Assembly (NCBI RefSeq): GCF_004010195.1
Contig: NC_057751.1
Coordinates: 12,133,508 to 12,197,507, forward strand
DNA from: Chiloscyllium plagiosum
Taxonomy: Eukaryota
Reading direction: 5' to 3'
Length of the DNA stretch: 64,000 bases
Shown here: positions 12,046-24,628 of the stretch, piece by piece
Layout of the letters: the number at the start of each line of letters is the position of its first letter
Position numbering within the stretch: position 1 is the stretch's first letter
The notes under the pieces: model-generated
Database searches by the model: none
Told to the model about the DNA's origin: nothing
Seen by the model: the letters and a program-made list of their open reading frames with translations, nothing else
Made by a program: the position numbers and the translations under genes

Positions 12046-15000
12046 GCAACCCATCAAAAATGTCAAAACTTCCAAATGGCTGGAATGCATTCTTGTTTAT
12101 CCATCAGCCTGGAATGATCTGGGCAATAAACAATTGTAGTAAACTGCAGTGTTTGAAAAACTGTGCTTCAAGAGGCATGAGTTTCCTTCAAAACAAGCTG
12201 CTTATTCTTGTGCCGAGCTCATAACCAATGGAATTTGCTTCAAACACAGAGTAATAGACATCTCTTTGAGATATTTCTACTTTGGGAAAAAAGAAAACAC
12301 CAGTCGAAAAAGGTGTCCAATGCTTCTTGAGAAAGATGACCATCTCTGCATTGAGTAAAATTTGGATGCCCTGAAGGACAACAAAATATCTTGAAGTTGA
12401 ATTCAATGAACAATTTTTCTCTCGAAGGATCTCATGATTGGTTTTTCAAGCTGAAATGCAAAAGAAAATAAATTAAAAGAGCAAGAACATACTGCAAACT
12501 GTATTGCAAGGACAGCTTGGAGATAAAATATAAGAAAACATTTTGTTTTCCTTTGTACAAAGCAATTGCTCCCCTCTGAGTCTAATAAAATTGCTAATAT
12601 TTTGTATCTTCTAAAATCTTCCAAGGCTTTGTACGGAGACTTGATTGAAAATTTGCATACAATAATTCATTCTCAGACCTTCTGTTTGCTCCACACAGTA
12701 AATGGAAACAGTGTGCAACAGCACCTTGAGGTCCTGAATGACATTTTTCCCCAATTATTTTCCTAAAGTGATTCCCTGTGAATAACTGTACTGTGAGCTC
12801 TGCTTATTGACTCACAATGTGTGACAAACAATTTTGAAATTTCCAAATTTGGTTGGCTTTCAAAATGACATTGACATTCACAACCAGTTCCCACTTTTTA
12901 AATAAGGAGGAATCTCGGAACATCACTGACATATTCACAATGACATCCTGCACAAAAAGCTCCTGCAGAAGTACTCTACAACACTAAAACTGTCCAACAT
13001 GAAAGCACCACACTAAATAATCTTTCATATTTCATTTGGTACAATCAAGCCATTGCAGGCTGCAATAACCTTTAACGCCCATACTATACAAACAGTTAAT
13101 TTGTTTAAATTAAATAATACAGGTGACTTTCAGTAATTTGCAGACTGTTATTAGGTGCAATTAAATGGGCAGCTGAGAGTTCAATGAAAATTGAAGTGTC
13201 ATTTTCCTTTACTCAAGTATATAATTACTATTGACGATCATTTGTATGTACCAGATGTAAACATGACTGAGGGCCCAAAGATTAAATACATCAGACTTGA
13301 TCTGTTTTATTAATCATTTTCTATTCATAGTAATGGTTCTGCACATTTTCTTTTAAACGTAAAGATACGGTTGCACCCTTTTCCAATTTTGGTTATATCT
13401 CCAATGATCCATTTTTTAAAAAAATGCAAGTTTTGAACTTCAAGTTGAAGGAATTCTTCCTCCCACTGTCGCTCTCAATATGAGAGATTGTGTGCAACTA
13501 CTGGAAACTCATTCCATTTCTGAAGGAATATGTGACATTGTGAAAGATTCCAAATGCCCCGGTATTAATTATGAGACAAGCTGGGCTGGGGTGGGATGGA
13601 TCCCAACATTCCATGGGACACCCAGAAGACAGGGTTCAGCATGTTTGCTGTTGGCTTTCTAACCTCATCAGCCCATGAGCAATTTACTTTGGGATTGGCC
13701 GTCCAATATACACTTACAGGAGTTATAAGAACTGACATGCCACAATCTCAATATGGTATTTAAAGAACCACTCTGGTGAGTTAGTAACAAGATGCGGTGT
13801 GACAATTCACTCCATACTAGAAAAGGCTGCATTATAGTTCACTGATGGCTCCTTTCATGTTTTGTTGGGTTGAGGATTAGTTCCCCAGCAACGAGAGGAT
13901 GAAATCGACTGCTGACACTCAGCAGACTTGGCTGAAGGTGGACAAAGAGTTCAGCAGCAGAAACGTTGCTATAGATTTTGTGTAGGATACAGTTTAATTT
14001 TTTTATCAAGTCAGCAAAGCTGAGTATGATTACACATCATCCTATTTTGTCAAAATAAGCAATTTCAAGCTGGTCTAAAATTTCTTGCATCCATGTAATT
14101 TGCCCCGCTCACATCTAAATCTAACCACTCATTCAGGTTGAGAATCTATCCCAAAGGCTTCATTCTTATATTTATTTTTGAACTTGATCTGGAAATGGTA
14201 GGGTCAGCTGATCAAGGAAATCTGAGTCTCAAGTCCTATTCTTCTTTCAATTTCCTGATTTTCCTTCCCTTTTCTCCTGGAGGTACTGAAGTATTTTGAG
14301 ACAAGTCAGTATATCTTGTGCCAGAACATATAACATAAATGACTGTACTCTCTCAGTTTATACATACCTACTTACTTGACACTGCTTATTCATGCACCCT
14401 TTCACATTTTGAGGGAACACTTTCCTTTGCAAAGATACTACAGTTATTCAGATACAGAATAAATTAATACTGCATTAACAAGATGCTCCAAGTTTTGTGC
14501 AATGTACATTGTGTATACATTACCAGCAATGCCACTTTAATATTTCACTTTCTTATGAAGATTAACATAATATGGCAAAGTATTTATCATTTATCTGAGT
14601 TACTGATAGCATGACTGATGTGATTTGATGATTATTGCATTCTTGCATTTCTTTTAATGAAATGATAAATTATGGTATCCCTGTTTTTGAAGCTAATTAG
14701 CTCAACCATTTAATGAAGAGTTGAAGTCAAAATGCTGATTATGTGATTGCTGCATGAAATGACAGCTCTTTCCCAGTCAGTAATACCATTTTGTTAACAA
14801 CGCAGTTTTAACAAAAGCTTTCATGTCTTTACCAGAACTGCAAACAGAAAGCAAATGTTTGAGGTCCTGATACTGCTAGTTTGCGCAACTCTCTGCATGT
14901 AAAAGGTATATGAAGAGTCAAGTGAATCTAGCTAGGAGTAGGATTATTATGCACACTTGAAATTACCAGTTCATGGATTCCAAAATGTCAGCGATTTATA

Positions 15001-15451
15001 ATGATTTTCGTCATGTGGCAGCACAGTGGAGCTCAATCAGAACTCTATCGCTTTGAGTTATAGTGTTGCTTTCGACTGTGGAATAGAGATTTTGCGATAT
15101 GATTCAAATTCCCATTTTTACTTTCATGGTAGTCAATTTTGTTTTTTGGGAGTCTATTGTTGCACAGTAACATTTATACCACGGATTTTCCATTAGCCAT
15201 TGCCAAGAATAATCTCGTCATGTTATAAAAATCATGGTTGTTTGCGCAGAATAGTTCTCAAGATTTTAACTCACATGGTCTGTCAATAGTATCATAACGA
15301 ACAGTAATTCAATCAATTCTTGACCAAGAGAAGAATAGGAATGAAGTTAAATTAAAAATTAGAAAACATGCACTACAGAAAAAAATATATAACTAATTAA
15401 AATGCAAGTAAGTTTAATTAAGTTGGTAGCATTCTCATCTCAGAGCTACAT

Positions 15452-15820
15452 CATGGCATAGTGATAATGACTGGATGAGAGCTCCAGAGTCAGTGCTTTT
15501 GCTCTGGAGATGTGGGTTTAAATCCTACCATGGCAGCTGGTGGAATTTAAATTTCATGAACAAGTATGGAATATAAATCTAGTCCCAGTTATGGGCACTA
15601 TGATGAGTATCTTCAATTGCTGTAAAAACAGGGCTGTTCACTGAAATCCTGTTGGGAAGAAAATCAGACACCCAACTTAGTCTGGCTTCCCTGTGACACC
15701 AGACTCACAGCAATATGACTGACTCTTAACTGTTCTCTGAAAAGGAAGCTTAAGGGCAATTAGATATAGACAAAAGTCCTGGTCTTGCCAGTGATGTTCA
15801 TATCACATGAAAGACAAGTA
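15452..15820 (+). mobile_element. tRNA-derived SINE (family B)
   Basis: A-box-like TGGCATAGTG, B-box-like GGTTTAAATCC and a 'gtgacaccagactcacagcaat..gactcttaactg' body. Other copies at about 17530-18080, 22270-23300 and 48015-48365. Confidence 0.65.
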
Positions 15821-15854
15821 AATCAGTTTTGGATTTGAATGAGACTTGGGCATG

Positions 15855-16450
15855 GATATGCCTAAATCATTGAAGGTGGCAGGTGAGGTTGAGAGCACAG
15901 TTGAAATATTTGAGACTTTAATAACAAGACACTACTTGAGTGTTGCATCCAGTTCTGGGTGCTCACTTTCAGGAGGATTTTAAGACATCAGGGACAGTGT
16001 AGAAAAGGATAGCAAGAATGTTTCCAGGGATGAAGACTTTCAATTCCAAAGATGGATTGTAGAAACTGGGAGTGTTAACCCTGGATAAAAGAAGGCTGAG
16101 AAGAGATCTGGATGAAATATTAAAAATCCCCAAGGGTTTGGGCTGAGTAAGTAGGGAAAAAAATGTTCTGATTCATGAAAGGATCAAGAGATTTCAAGTA
16201 ATCAGTGAAAGAAGGAGAAGTGGGATGAGTAAAAGTTTCTTAACCTCGTGAGTGGTTAGGGTCTGGAATAAAGTGTCTGACAGTATATGGAGGTAACTTC
16301 AGTTGAGACAATGACCAAGGGAATTGGACTATTCTCTGCAAAGGAAGACTATAGAGTTATGTGGAGAAGATAGGAAAATATCACTAAATGCTTATTTGGA
16401 GAGCCAGCACAAACACGATGGACCAAATTACACCCCTTCTGTGATTCTTA
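15855..16450 (+). mobile_element. Old CR1-type LINE 3' fragment
   Basis: 'cttgagtgttgcatccagttctgg' (LEYCVQFW-like) running through to a CR1-like 3' tail. Confidence 0.7.
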
Positions 16451-17029
16451 TAAACTGAGGTCTTGTCTGAACTCTCTGGGGAACTTAAACATTCCATTGT
16501 GTTACTTTTCAGAAAAGCAGGGGAGGACTCCTGGCCAACAGTTATCCCTCAATCCATATTACAGAAACAGATGATCTAACATTCTTTTGACATTCCAACA
16601 GCAATTACAGTTCAACAAAACTTCTGTGGCTGCAAACTGCATGGAGACATAAGATGCAATATAAAAAGGGAAGTTGTTTTTTCTATTTCTTAAATCCTGA
16701 GATTTAGCTGTTAAAAATATTGGGACAGAGGAACAAGAATACAAGAAACAGATTATTTTGCCTTTTACGCATGTTTTGCCATCGAACTTGCTTGCCTGTT
16801 GATCTCTCGTTGTATGGTACCATATGAACTGAACAATCAAATTAATGCACAAACAATAAATGTCATCCTATATTTACTTAATGTGATTTCAAAACTAACA
16901 TTTTTATTATTTTACTCTTTTTACTGTTGTGTAGAACTTGCTATTCTTATTTCTCTTTGCCACATAACATTGCTCCCGACTCAGCTCATCTGTTACTTAA
17001 ACTTTCATGTAACTGTGAGATCTTTTGTT

Positions 17030-17530
17030 CACATTGCAGCCCTGGCTGGCCCCCCACATTCTAACCTCTGTGAACGAAAACAGAAATTGCTGGTGAAACT
17101 CGGCAGGTCTCACAGCATCTGTGGATAGAAAGCAGAATTAACACTTCGAGTCCAGTGACTTCAGAAAATCTGTTATATCTGGAAACTTTCATTCATCCAC
17201 AAATGCACCCCATGCCTTAACTTGTGCAAAGCCTTGTTCATCCATCATTTCTGCCCTCCTTGATTTACATTTCCTCCCATTTAAACAACATCAATAATTT
17301 AATATTCTCTTCCTTGGTTTCAAGTCCATCCATGGCTTCACCCTTTCCTCTGTCTTCAATCTCTTCCTGTCCCTTGAGATATTTGTGTTCCTCTAATTCA
17401 GGCCTTTTGAACATCCTGATTTTAATCTCTCCATTATGGTGCAGCTTGCCTTTAGCTGTCTTGGCTCCAAATTTTAATATTTACTTCTTAAACCTTTCCT
17501 TCTTTACCTTTCTTACTTTCTTTAAAAGAG
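17030..17530 (+). mobile_element. L2-type 3' fragment containing a PLE-terminal-repeat fragment (about 17077-17168)
   Basis: L2-like 'LHxLP...FKIL' region. The insert 'aaaacagaaattgctggtgaaactcggcaggtct...gagtccagtgacttcag' resembles PLE terminal repeats. Confidence 0.5.
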
Positions 17531-17807
17531 GGAGATGACATTAATGTTACTGGACTCATACTCCAGAGTACCAGGCTAATGTTCTGGGTACATTGATTTG
17601 AATGCTACCGTCATTGGTGGTGTAATTTTAATGAATTTTTAAAAATCTAGCATTAAAAAAAGACTAGCCGAGTAACAACCATGTTGTCGCCATATAACCC
17701 ATCTGGTTCACTTATTTTCCTTTAGGGAATGAAACTGCCATCCTTACCTTAGTCTGGCACACATGTGACTCTAGACCCAAGGCAATGTGATTGACTCCAA
17801 CTCTTAT

Positions 17808-17978
17808 GGAGAAAGTGAGGACTGCAGATGCTGGAGATCAGAGTCAGAAAGTGTGGCGCAAGAAAAGCACAGCAGGTCAGGCTGTGGAGCGGGAGAGTCG
17901 ACGTTTTGGGCATAAGCTCTTCTTGGGTGCTGCCTGACCTGCTGTGCGTTTCCAGTGCCTCACTTTTTAACTCTGACT
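17808..17978. mobile_element. Fold-back PLE-terminal-repeat element inserted into a family B SINE
   Basis: Inverted arms gcacagcaggtcaggc / gcctgacctgctgtgc. The centre 'gtcgacgttttgggcataagctcttc' is a degraded hammerhead core on the minus strand. Confidence 0.7.
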
Positions 17979-17980
17979 GT

Positions 17981-18040
17981 TAAAGACAGTCAATAAACAC
18001 AGTCAATAAAGACAGTCAATTAAAGACAGGCAATAAACAG
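17981..18040 (+). repeat. Minisatellite, about 13-bp unit (AAAGACAGTCAAT), about 4 copies
   Basis: Directly visible imperfect tandem repeat. Confidence 0.8.
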
Positions 18041-18632
18041 TGACCTGGCAGGCAATATCCATATTGCTTGGATGCAATAAAAATACACTCCTTAGTATTT
18101 ATCACTTTGACCAAGCCTTTGATCATTTTCCTTAATGTCACCTCATATTAGTTAGTGGTAAATATTGCTTCCTAATACACTTCTGAAGTGACTTGGAATA
18201 CTTTCTTATGTTAAAGTGGCAACTTAAATGCAATTTGGTGTTTTGAGGTAAGAATTCTTGGACCAACCGGCAGCTTAAGTGTGATTTTATTTCAAAGAGA
18301 GGGTAAGACAACAGACAGAAAATTAAAACAAGAGTGAAAAGGTTGTCAAACAGGGCTTGCAGCACCAGATGGCAGAAGAATTGTCAGCCTTGAATGCAAG
18401 CCAGCAGTCAATGGGGAATGAAGGTTTACAGAGGAATATTGTACCGCCTGATCCAACTCAGATGATCTGTCTTTTTCTGCTTCAGTGGCAGCACATTCAG
18501 AGTGAGTTTTGGCAATCTCAGAGCATCTTTGAGACCACCTCTGTGTCTGGTCCTGCAACTCATGAGTATAAGGTCAGTTTTCAGATGTGAAAATTGCTGT
18601 TTGAATGGACAACCGCAGAAAACACAGGCTTA

Positions 18633-18950
18633 TGGTGGGGTGGCACAGTGGTTAGCACTGCTGCCTCACAGTGCGAGGGACTGGAGCTCAATTCCAGCCA
18701 TGGGTGACTATCTGTGGGGAGTTTGCAGATTCTCCCTGTGTCTGTGTGGGTTCCCTTCCACAGTCCAAAGATGTGTAAGTTAGATGTTTTGGCCATATTA
18801 AATTGCCCATAGTGTGCAGGCAATGGTAGGTTGGCCAGAGGAAATGAAGGATTATAAGGTAGGGAAATGAATCTGGGTGGGATGCTGTTCAAAGAGTCAG
18901 TGTGGACTCAATGGGCTGAATGGCCTGTCTCCACACTGTAGGGGTTCTAT
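18633..18950 (+). mobile_element. V-SINE (HE1-like), tRNA-derived
   Basis: TGGCACAGTGGTTAGCACTGCTGCCTCACAG head, V-domain 'gtttgcagattctccctgtgtctgtgtggg...cacagtccaaagatgtg' and a CR1-like tail. Confidence 0.85.
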
Positions 18951-19411
18951 GACAAATACATTCCTGGAAGGCATTTTTAAACATTCAATCACCCATCTCT
19001 TAAGCCAGTTGAGACTTTCACTTAGAAATCACTGTGGAAATTTTCCTTTCGGAATTTTTTTTCCAAGTTCAATGGAACCTTCAGCTTCTCTCTGATACCA
19101 CACCACAGGCACAAGTTTATTTCATATTGCAAGTTTTTCATTCACACTCAGATGGGAAAGCTACTCTTGATTAGAGCATTGCACATTATCCACACGAGTG
19201 CATTGGGTTTCAGTTCTCCTCCTTAAAAAGAAACCAACAGCAAGAAAATGTGAACATTTGCAGAACAATATATTGCGCTAACAAAACTGGAACAAAATGC
19301 TTGGCGTGTTACACTGTAAAGTGCAGTCAACGAAAAAAGAAAGGAGGTCCACCGTCAGTTATACGTGTGTACACCATGTTCAAGTTCAGCCTGATTCTTT
19401 CCCTGATTAGA

Positions 19412-19915
19412 GACAAAAAAAACTGCAGATGCTGGAATTCAAGATGGACAAGTGGGAGGCTGGAAGAACACAGCCAGGCAGCATTTCGGATGTAACTCTT
19501 CTTCAGAGTCTTCTGGGGTGGTGTAAGGTGAGCTGCAGATAAAGGGCGGGGGGGGGGGGGGGGGGTGGGGAGGATACCAGGCAGCCTGGATGACTCAACA
19601 TTGAGTTTGTCAATTGCAAATAACCTCTTTTCCAATCCCCCAATTCCATTCCCTGCCTCACACCCTCCCTTCCATTCTTCTGATTGAACCTTCTTCTAGC
19701 AACCAACGGATTAATTCCTGCCATTGACCAACCAGGCGATACCCTCTATCTGTGTTCACCTATCCATACCTCATCATCTTATACCCTCCCCCAATTCTCC
19801 CCTCTATCTGCAGCTCTCCATACACCCAGACGTGAAGAAGAGTTACACCTGAAACATTGACTTATCCACCTCCTGATGCTGCCTAGCTTGCTTGATTCTT
19901 TCCCTGTCTGCCTCA
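19412..19915. mobile_element. Penelope-like element remnant with inverted terminal repeats
   Basis: Contains a GIY-YIG C-terminus-like segment (GSLDDSTLS/LNIEF region). Opposed hammerhead-like cores lie at about 19484-19506(-) and 19832-19860(+). Confidence 0.7.
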
Positions 19916-20574
19916 GATCGAAATCCAGGGCAGAGGACTTTTTTCATGAAAGAAAATCTATTTTATTGAAACATATAGCTAAACGTTGGGTAAGAATATG
20001 TTCGATAACTCTTCAAGTAATTCTCCAACATCAGGCAGCATACAGTATTGCAATCATGAGCATTTTCAGGCTTGATCTGACAAATTTAGTGTTGTGGTGT
20101 CACAAGAGAGAAATAATGTTTTTCCTGAAGATGACACGCCATTCTCTCAACATTCAGCACCAGAGAAATTTTAGTACAAGAGATTATTGCGGTACAAATG
20201 CTAGCTCCACATATCAAATTCCAATCGCAGCTTTCAGGATGACCTTTGTTTACTTATCCAGTTTGTTTTTAATTTTGAGGTTCATTCAATGTGAAGAAAA
20301 CTGCATGCCCACAGCATGTCTCAAGTCATTTTCAAGGTGACCTTTGAAATGGACATCCAGCACTCCAGCTTGTTGAGGACATTAAAATATTGGAAGTTCT
20401 GTGTGTGTTCGAGGAGGCCTATGCCATTTCTATTTAGTAGGGAGATGGTGACCTTTTTTGGATGCCAGCTGTGTTTGAAGGCTCATTCTGGCCCCTTAGA
20501 AATGGTTGGGCCCCTTACCAATCAGAAAGTATCCCTTCAGACAGTCAGTGATCCTTCCTCTCAGTGAATTAAGA

Positions 20575-20830
20575 TTTACGGTGAGGGGGGGGAAAGATTT
20601 AAAAAGGACCAGATGGTGGTGTGTGTATGGAATGAACAGCCAGAAGAAGTGTTGGAGGCAGGTACAATTACAACATATAAAAGGTGACTACATGGGCATA
20701 GGAATAGGAAGAGTTTAGAGGTGTATGGGCCAAATTCTGGTAAATGGAACTAGATCAGATTGAGACAACTGGTCAGCATGGACGAGTTGGACCAAAGAGT
20801 CTATTCCTGCTGTATGACTCCATGACTCTG
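20575..20830 (+). mobile_element. CR1-type LINE (HER1-like) 3' end
   Basis: 'atggaatgaacagccagaagaagtgttggaggcaggtacaatt...gctgtatgactccatgactct' 3' end. Confidence 0.85.
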
Positions 20831-21829
20831 TGAATCAACTTCATGCCCTATTTTGCAATTTGCCATGAAAAGCTGCAGGGTTTTGTTCTCTTGTCCAATA
20901 CTTCGAGGCAGACATCAACAACTCAATTTTTAATCCCTTCTGCCCCTTGTCCTCAAGAGTTCCAAAAGCCTCTTATCTGAGATAGTCTGCCCACATGCAT
21001 CTTCAAACTTTTAAAACTCAAGCTTTGTGTGTGCTCATGATTAGTTCCTCATTGACCTTCTTGACATTCACAGTCTTGTCCACTTGCTGGTGTCCTGTAG
21101 CCTTGAGCTTTGGCATGTCTTTGGCTGATACATGATGGTCAATATTGGTTCAAGAAGTCAATATTTTCCCATTTCACAATTTGAAATGAGTTACAAAATT
21201 GTTTCTGCTCCGATAGCACAATATGTAACGTGGTCTGGATGGACACATCCTTTATAGTTTAAACAAAGAAGAGCAGAACAGATAGTGTTGCTGGAATCTG
21301 ACCCTGCTAGTTTTTGAATATTCATGAAGGATAAAAGTTATATTGGAGTGCCTTTCTGCCTGGGTCCTGGTGCTTTACACTAAGGTACCTCCAGGTGGTG
21401 CTCAATAGAAATGTACCGAACATTAAGCATTTGCTGAAAACTTGCACAGTCCGCAACTAATTTTTACCTAAATGTCTCGGGTTTGCACAAAGTTTCTGCC
21501 TAGGTTTTATGCAGAGCTGAACTTCATGAAAGGATTATGTCCATAAATCATTCTAAGAGATTGGAAACATTTTCTATTAGGTTTGGTGTGAAGGCGGCTG
21601 TTATTTTCATTGGTAGGTCTTAGACGATTCTCAACAAGCCCACTGCACACCATTCTGGAGTTGACAATATTGACACAGAGGTTGCTGTAGGGAATGCATA
21701 AATAATTTATATTTGAGAACTTCAAACTTCGACTGAGGAAGACGGTGACAAAACTGAAGAACATATTGTACAAATGAAAAATTACTTTTAATACAGTTAA
21801 GTGAATTTTGGCTGGAGTAATATAGGGGC

Positions 21830-23585
21830 CTCATACTCCTTGGAAAATAAAGGCAAAGAGACAAACAGATCTCTGGGTTTAAGTACACAAATCATGAAAA
21901 ACAATAACATTTAATATGTACCCAAATAGCACAGTTCATCATGAAGATAATAAAGTTCAAAAGCAGAGAAACTATCTTAACATTGGAATGATTTTAGACT
22001 TACACTGACAATATTCTGGATAGTTTTATTCTGGTTTTCAAGTTACAAATAAGAATATGGAAGAAAGGATAAGCACAAAAGTACAAATGCAGGTTGAAAT
22101 AAGCAGTGAGAGGGTATAATCAGCAAAATCTGAAGAGGCTGGTGTTGTTTTTTCTTGAAAACAGTATACTGAAAGGTGTTCTTTACAGAAGTCTTTAAAA
22201 TTATGAAGGGACTTGCTATGCGAGAGGAAGAGATGCCTTCACATACATGGAACCCGAAACTATGAATGATAAATATCTGGAATTAAGGATCTAATGATGA
22301 CAATGAATCCATTTGTTATTAAGTTGAAGGCATGTACTGCACCTTTAAGAGAGAGAAAATGCTTTTCTGAACTGAGCTGACAAGCACCTGTGTTTATGAC
22401 GAGATGGCAGTCCAAGAGTGTACTGGAAAATTGAAAATGTATAACATTTGGCTGCGAAATGGATACCGGAGTTTTGATTGCTGTTATGACAATAATTCAA
22501 ATTTAACCAATCAGTTTAAATCATACCCCAGAATACTAAAACCCAATCAAGTTTGAATTTATTGTTTTGCCAACATCAAACCAATGACAGGATCCAATAT
22601 TGGGGGTGTATAAAATGCAGAGATTTTTGATCAGCGAGCAACTGCTGGAGAGAGAGAGAAACTGGAGAGCTACTTGCCCACCTGATATTGTGCTCTCCCA
22701 GAAATTAGAAAACACTATCTGTCAAAGATATCTTTTCATATGAAACATACTCGCAGTAAAAAGAAAGAAGATGACCCAGGGGAATCAGCAATCAGAAGAG
22801 TGAAGAGAAGAAGACAGTGGCTGTGTGGTTTTGAAATTAAGTTGATGTAAATTCAATAAGTGTCCATTCGAATAGCATATTGTTACAGAGTTGGAGGCAG
22901 ATAATAAGCAGTTAAGAAAAAGTGGGGCTGAGAGTTGTGAATAGTTGTTGTTTAATGTTCACTTCTGGAGTTAAAAAAAAAACTGATCTTATTTTCTTTA
23001 AATAGTGGAATTTGGGAGTTCTCTGTAACTCATATTTTAAAAGATTATGAGGTGAGGCGAGCATTTTTGGGTGTTTGGCTTAATTAATAGAGGGGTTCAC
23101 TTCTGGGTCATAACACATTATTGACTGTTGAAAAAATCCATCTGGTTCAGTGATGTCCTTCAGGGAAGGAAACTACCATCCTTGCTTGCCTATGTGTCAC
23201 TCCAGACCCATAGCAATGTGGTTGACTCTTAACAATTAGGAATGAGCAATAAATGTTGGCCGAGCCAGTGACACCTACAGCTCCTAAATGAATTTTAAGA
23301 AATGAAGGTAGTCAATAATAAGTTCCAAAAAGGAATTCAGGAGAAATGTTTTTATTCAGAGATTGGGAAGAATGTGAGGCACATTACAGAATGGAACTGT
23401 TGAGGCAAACACATAAACTCTTTGTTGGGGAAGCCAAATAAGGGAAAAAGGAATAGAAGGATTTATCAATAGAGTGAGATGACGTAAGTCGAGTTGAAAG
23501 AAGTATGCATGGAGCATAACTGTAGGCCTGGATCTGTTGAGACAAATGGCCTTGTTTCTGTGTTGTAAATTCAAGGCAATACAAT
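21830..23585 (+). mobile_element. Old CR1 3' fragment interrupted by a family B SINE, which is itself interrupted by a solo LTR
   Basis: CR1-like sequence at about 21830-22270 and 23305-23585. SINE halves lie at 22270-22313 and 23116-23300. Confidence 0.55.
22314..23115 (+). mobile_element. Solo LTR (family C), 802 bp
   Basis: TGTTA...TAACA inverted termini with an exact 4-bp TSD (CATT) on both sides. Several CCAAT boxes and TATAAAA at 22609. Homologous to 55267-56047 on the opposite strand. Confidence 0.85.
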
Positions 23586-24319
23586 GTAAGCAAATCTCAA
23601 GTTTGGTAAATTGATCAAGTTTCACTCTCACTTTCTGGACCCCTCAATTCAGATTACCGCTTTTTAATTGCTCTTGGCTATCCATTATTCAGTAAAATTT
23701 ATCAAATAACAGATGGCATTGTGGAAATTGGCACAGAGTGTACTGTTGTGTTCTTGTTTATGTCACATCAGGTTGTCCTATTGACAATCTCTTTCTCCTG
23801 TGGGAAACTGCTTCTGTTGCAAACTCACTGAAGCGTATGGATGACAGCCTTCTGCTTAATTTAATATAACTGCGCCAAATGAATGCACAAACTGAGAAGG
23901 CAGAAGGATCTGCATTTGATACAAATGATAATTCAAGTCAAATGGCACCACCTTTCGAATCCTGGCATCTTCCCCAGCGAATAAGTGATGCTCACTAATT
24001 AAAAAGACTTGAAGGAATTTAGAAAAACAACTTTTAATGGCACACAAATTTAAGATCGAGGAAACCAGACAAGGCTTCTGTCAGTGCATTTTCACATCAT
24101 TTCAGTCCTATTGTATGAACAAAGTACCTTCTTTCTAGCTGCAATTTAATTAAATTAGCAGCTTCTGTAACTGTGCAGGTTTGGAATAGCAGGGGCAGCA
24201 GACAATGAGAATCTGTCCTGAAGAACTTAGTTTGAATCTCTGACTGGAATAGATCTTGGGCCAATTTACATTCTGGTGTAGTTATCCTGTAAGCATCTTC
24301 AACTGACTATTACAAATGT

Positions 24320-24628
24320 AACGGTTGCTCAATGGTTAGCATTGCTACCTCACCCAGGTTTGATTCCAGCCTCGGGAGACAGTCTGTGTGGAGTTTGCAC
24401 ATTCTCCCCTTGTCTGTGTGGGTTTCCTCCCACAATTCAAAAATGTGCAAATTAGGTGAATTGGCCATGCTAAATTGCCCATAGTGTTCAGGGTTAGTTA
24501 AGTGCATTGGTCAGGAGCAAATGTAGAGGAATGGATTTGGGTGGGATTCTCTTCGGAGGGTTGGTGTGGACCTGTTGGGCCGAAGGGCCTGTTTTTACAC
24601 TGTATGGATTCTATAAATTCTATTCTAT
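24320..24628 (+). mobile_element. V-SINE (HE1-like)
   Basis: Head ggttagcattgctacctcac, V-domain gtggagtttgcacattctcccc and tail ctgtatggattctat. Confidence 0.85.

Noticed and set aside
17981..18040. Short repeat array considered as CRISPR-like
   Set aside because: There are no unique spacers and no cas genes, and the context is eukaryotic. It is a simple minisatellite.
21507..21888. Two overlapping minus-strand ORFs considered as a terminal exon
   Set aside because: No recognisable domain and no consistent partner exons.
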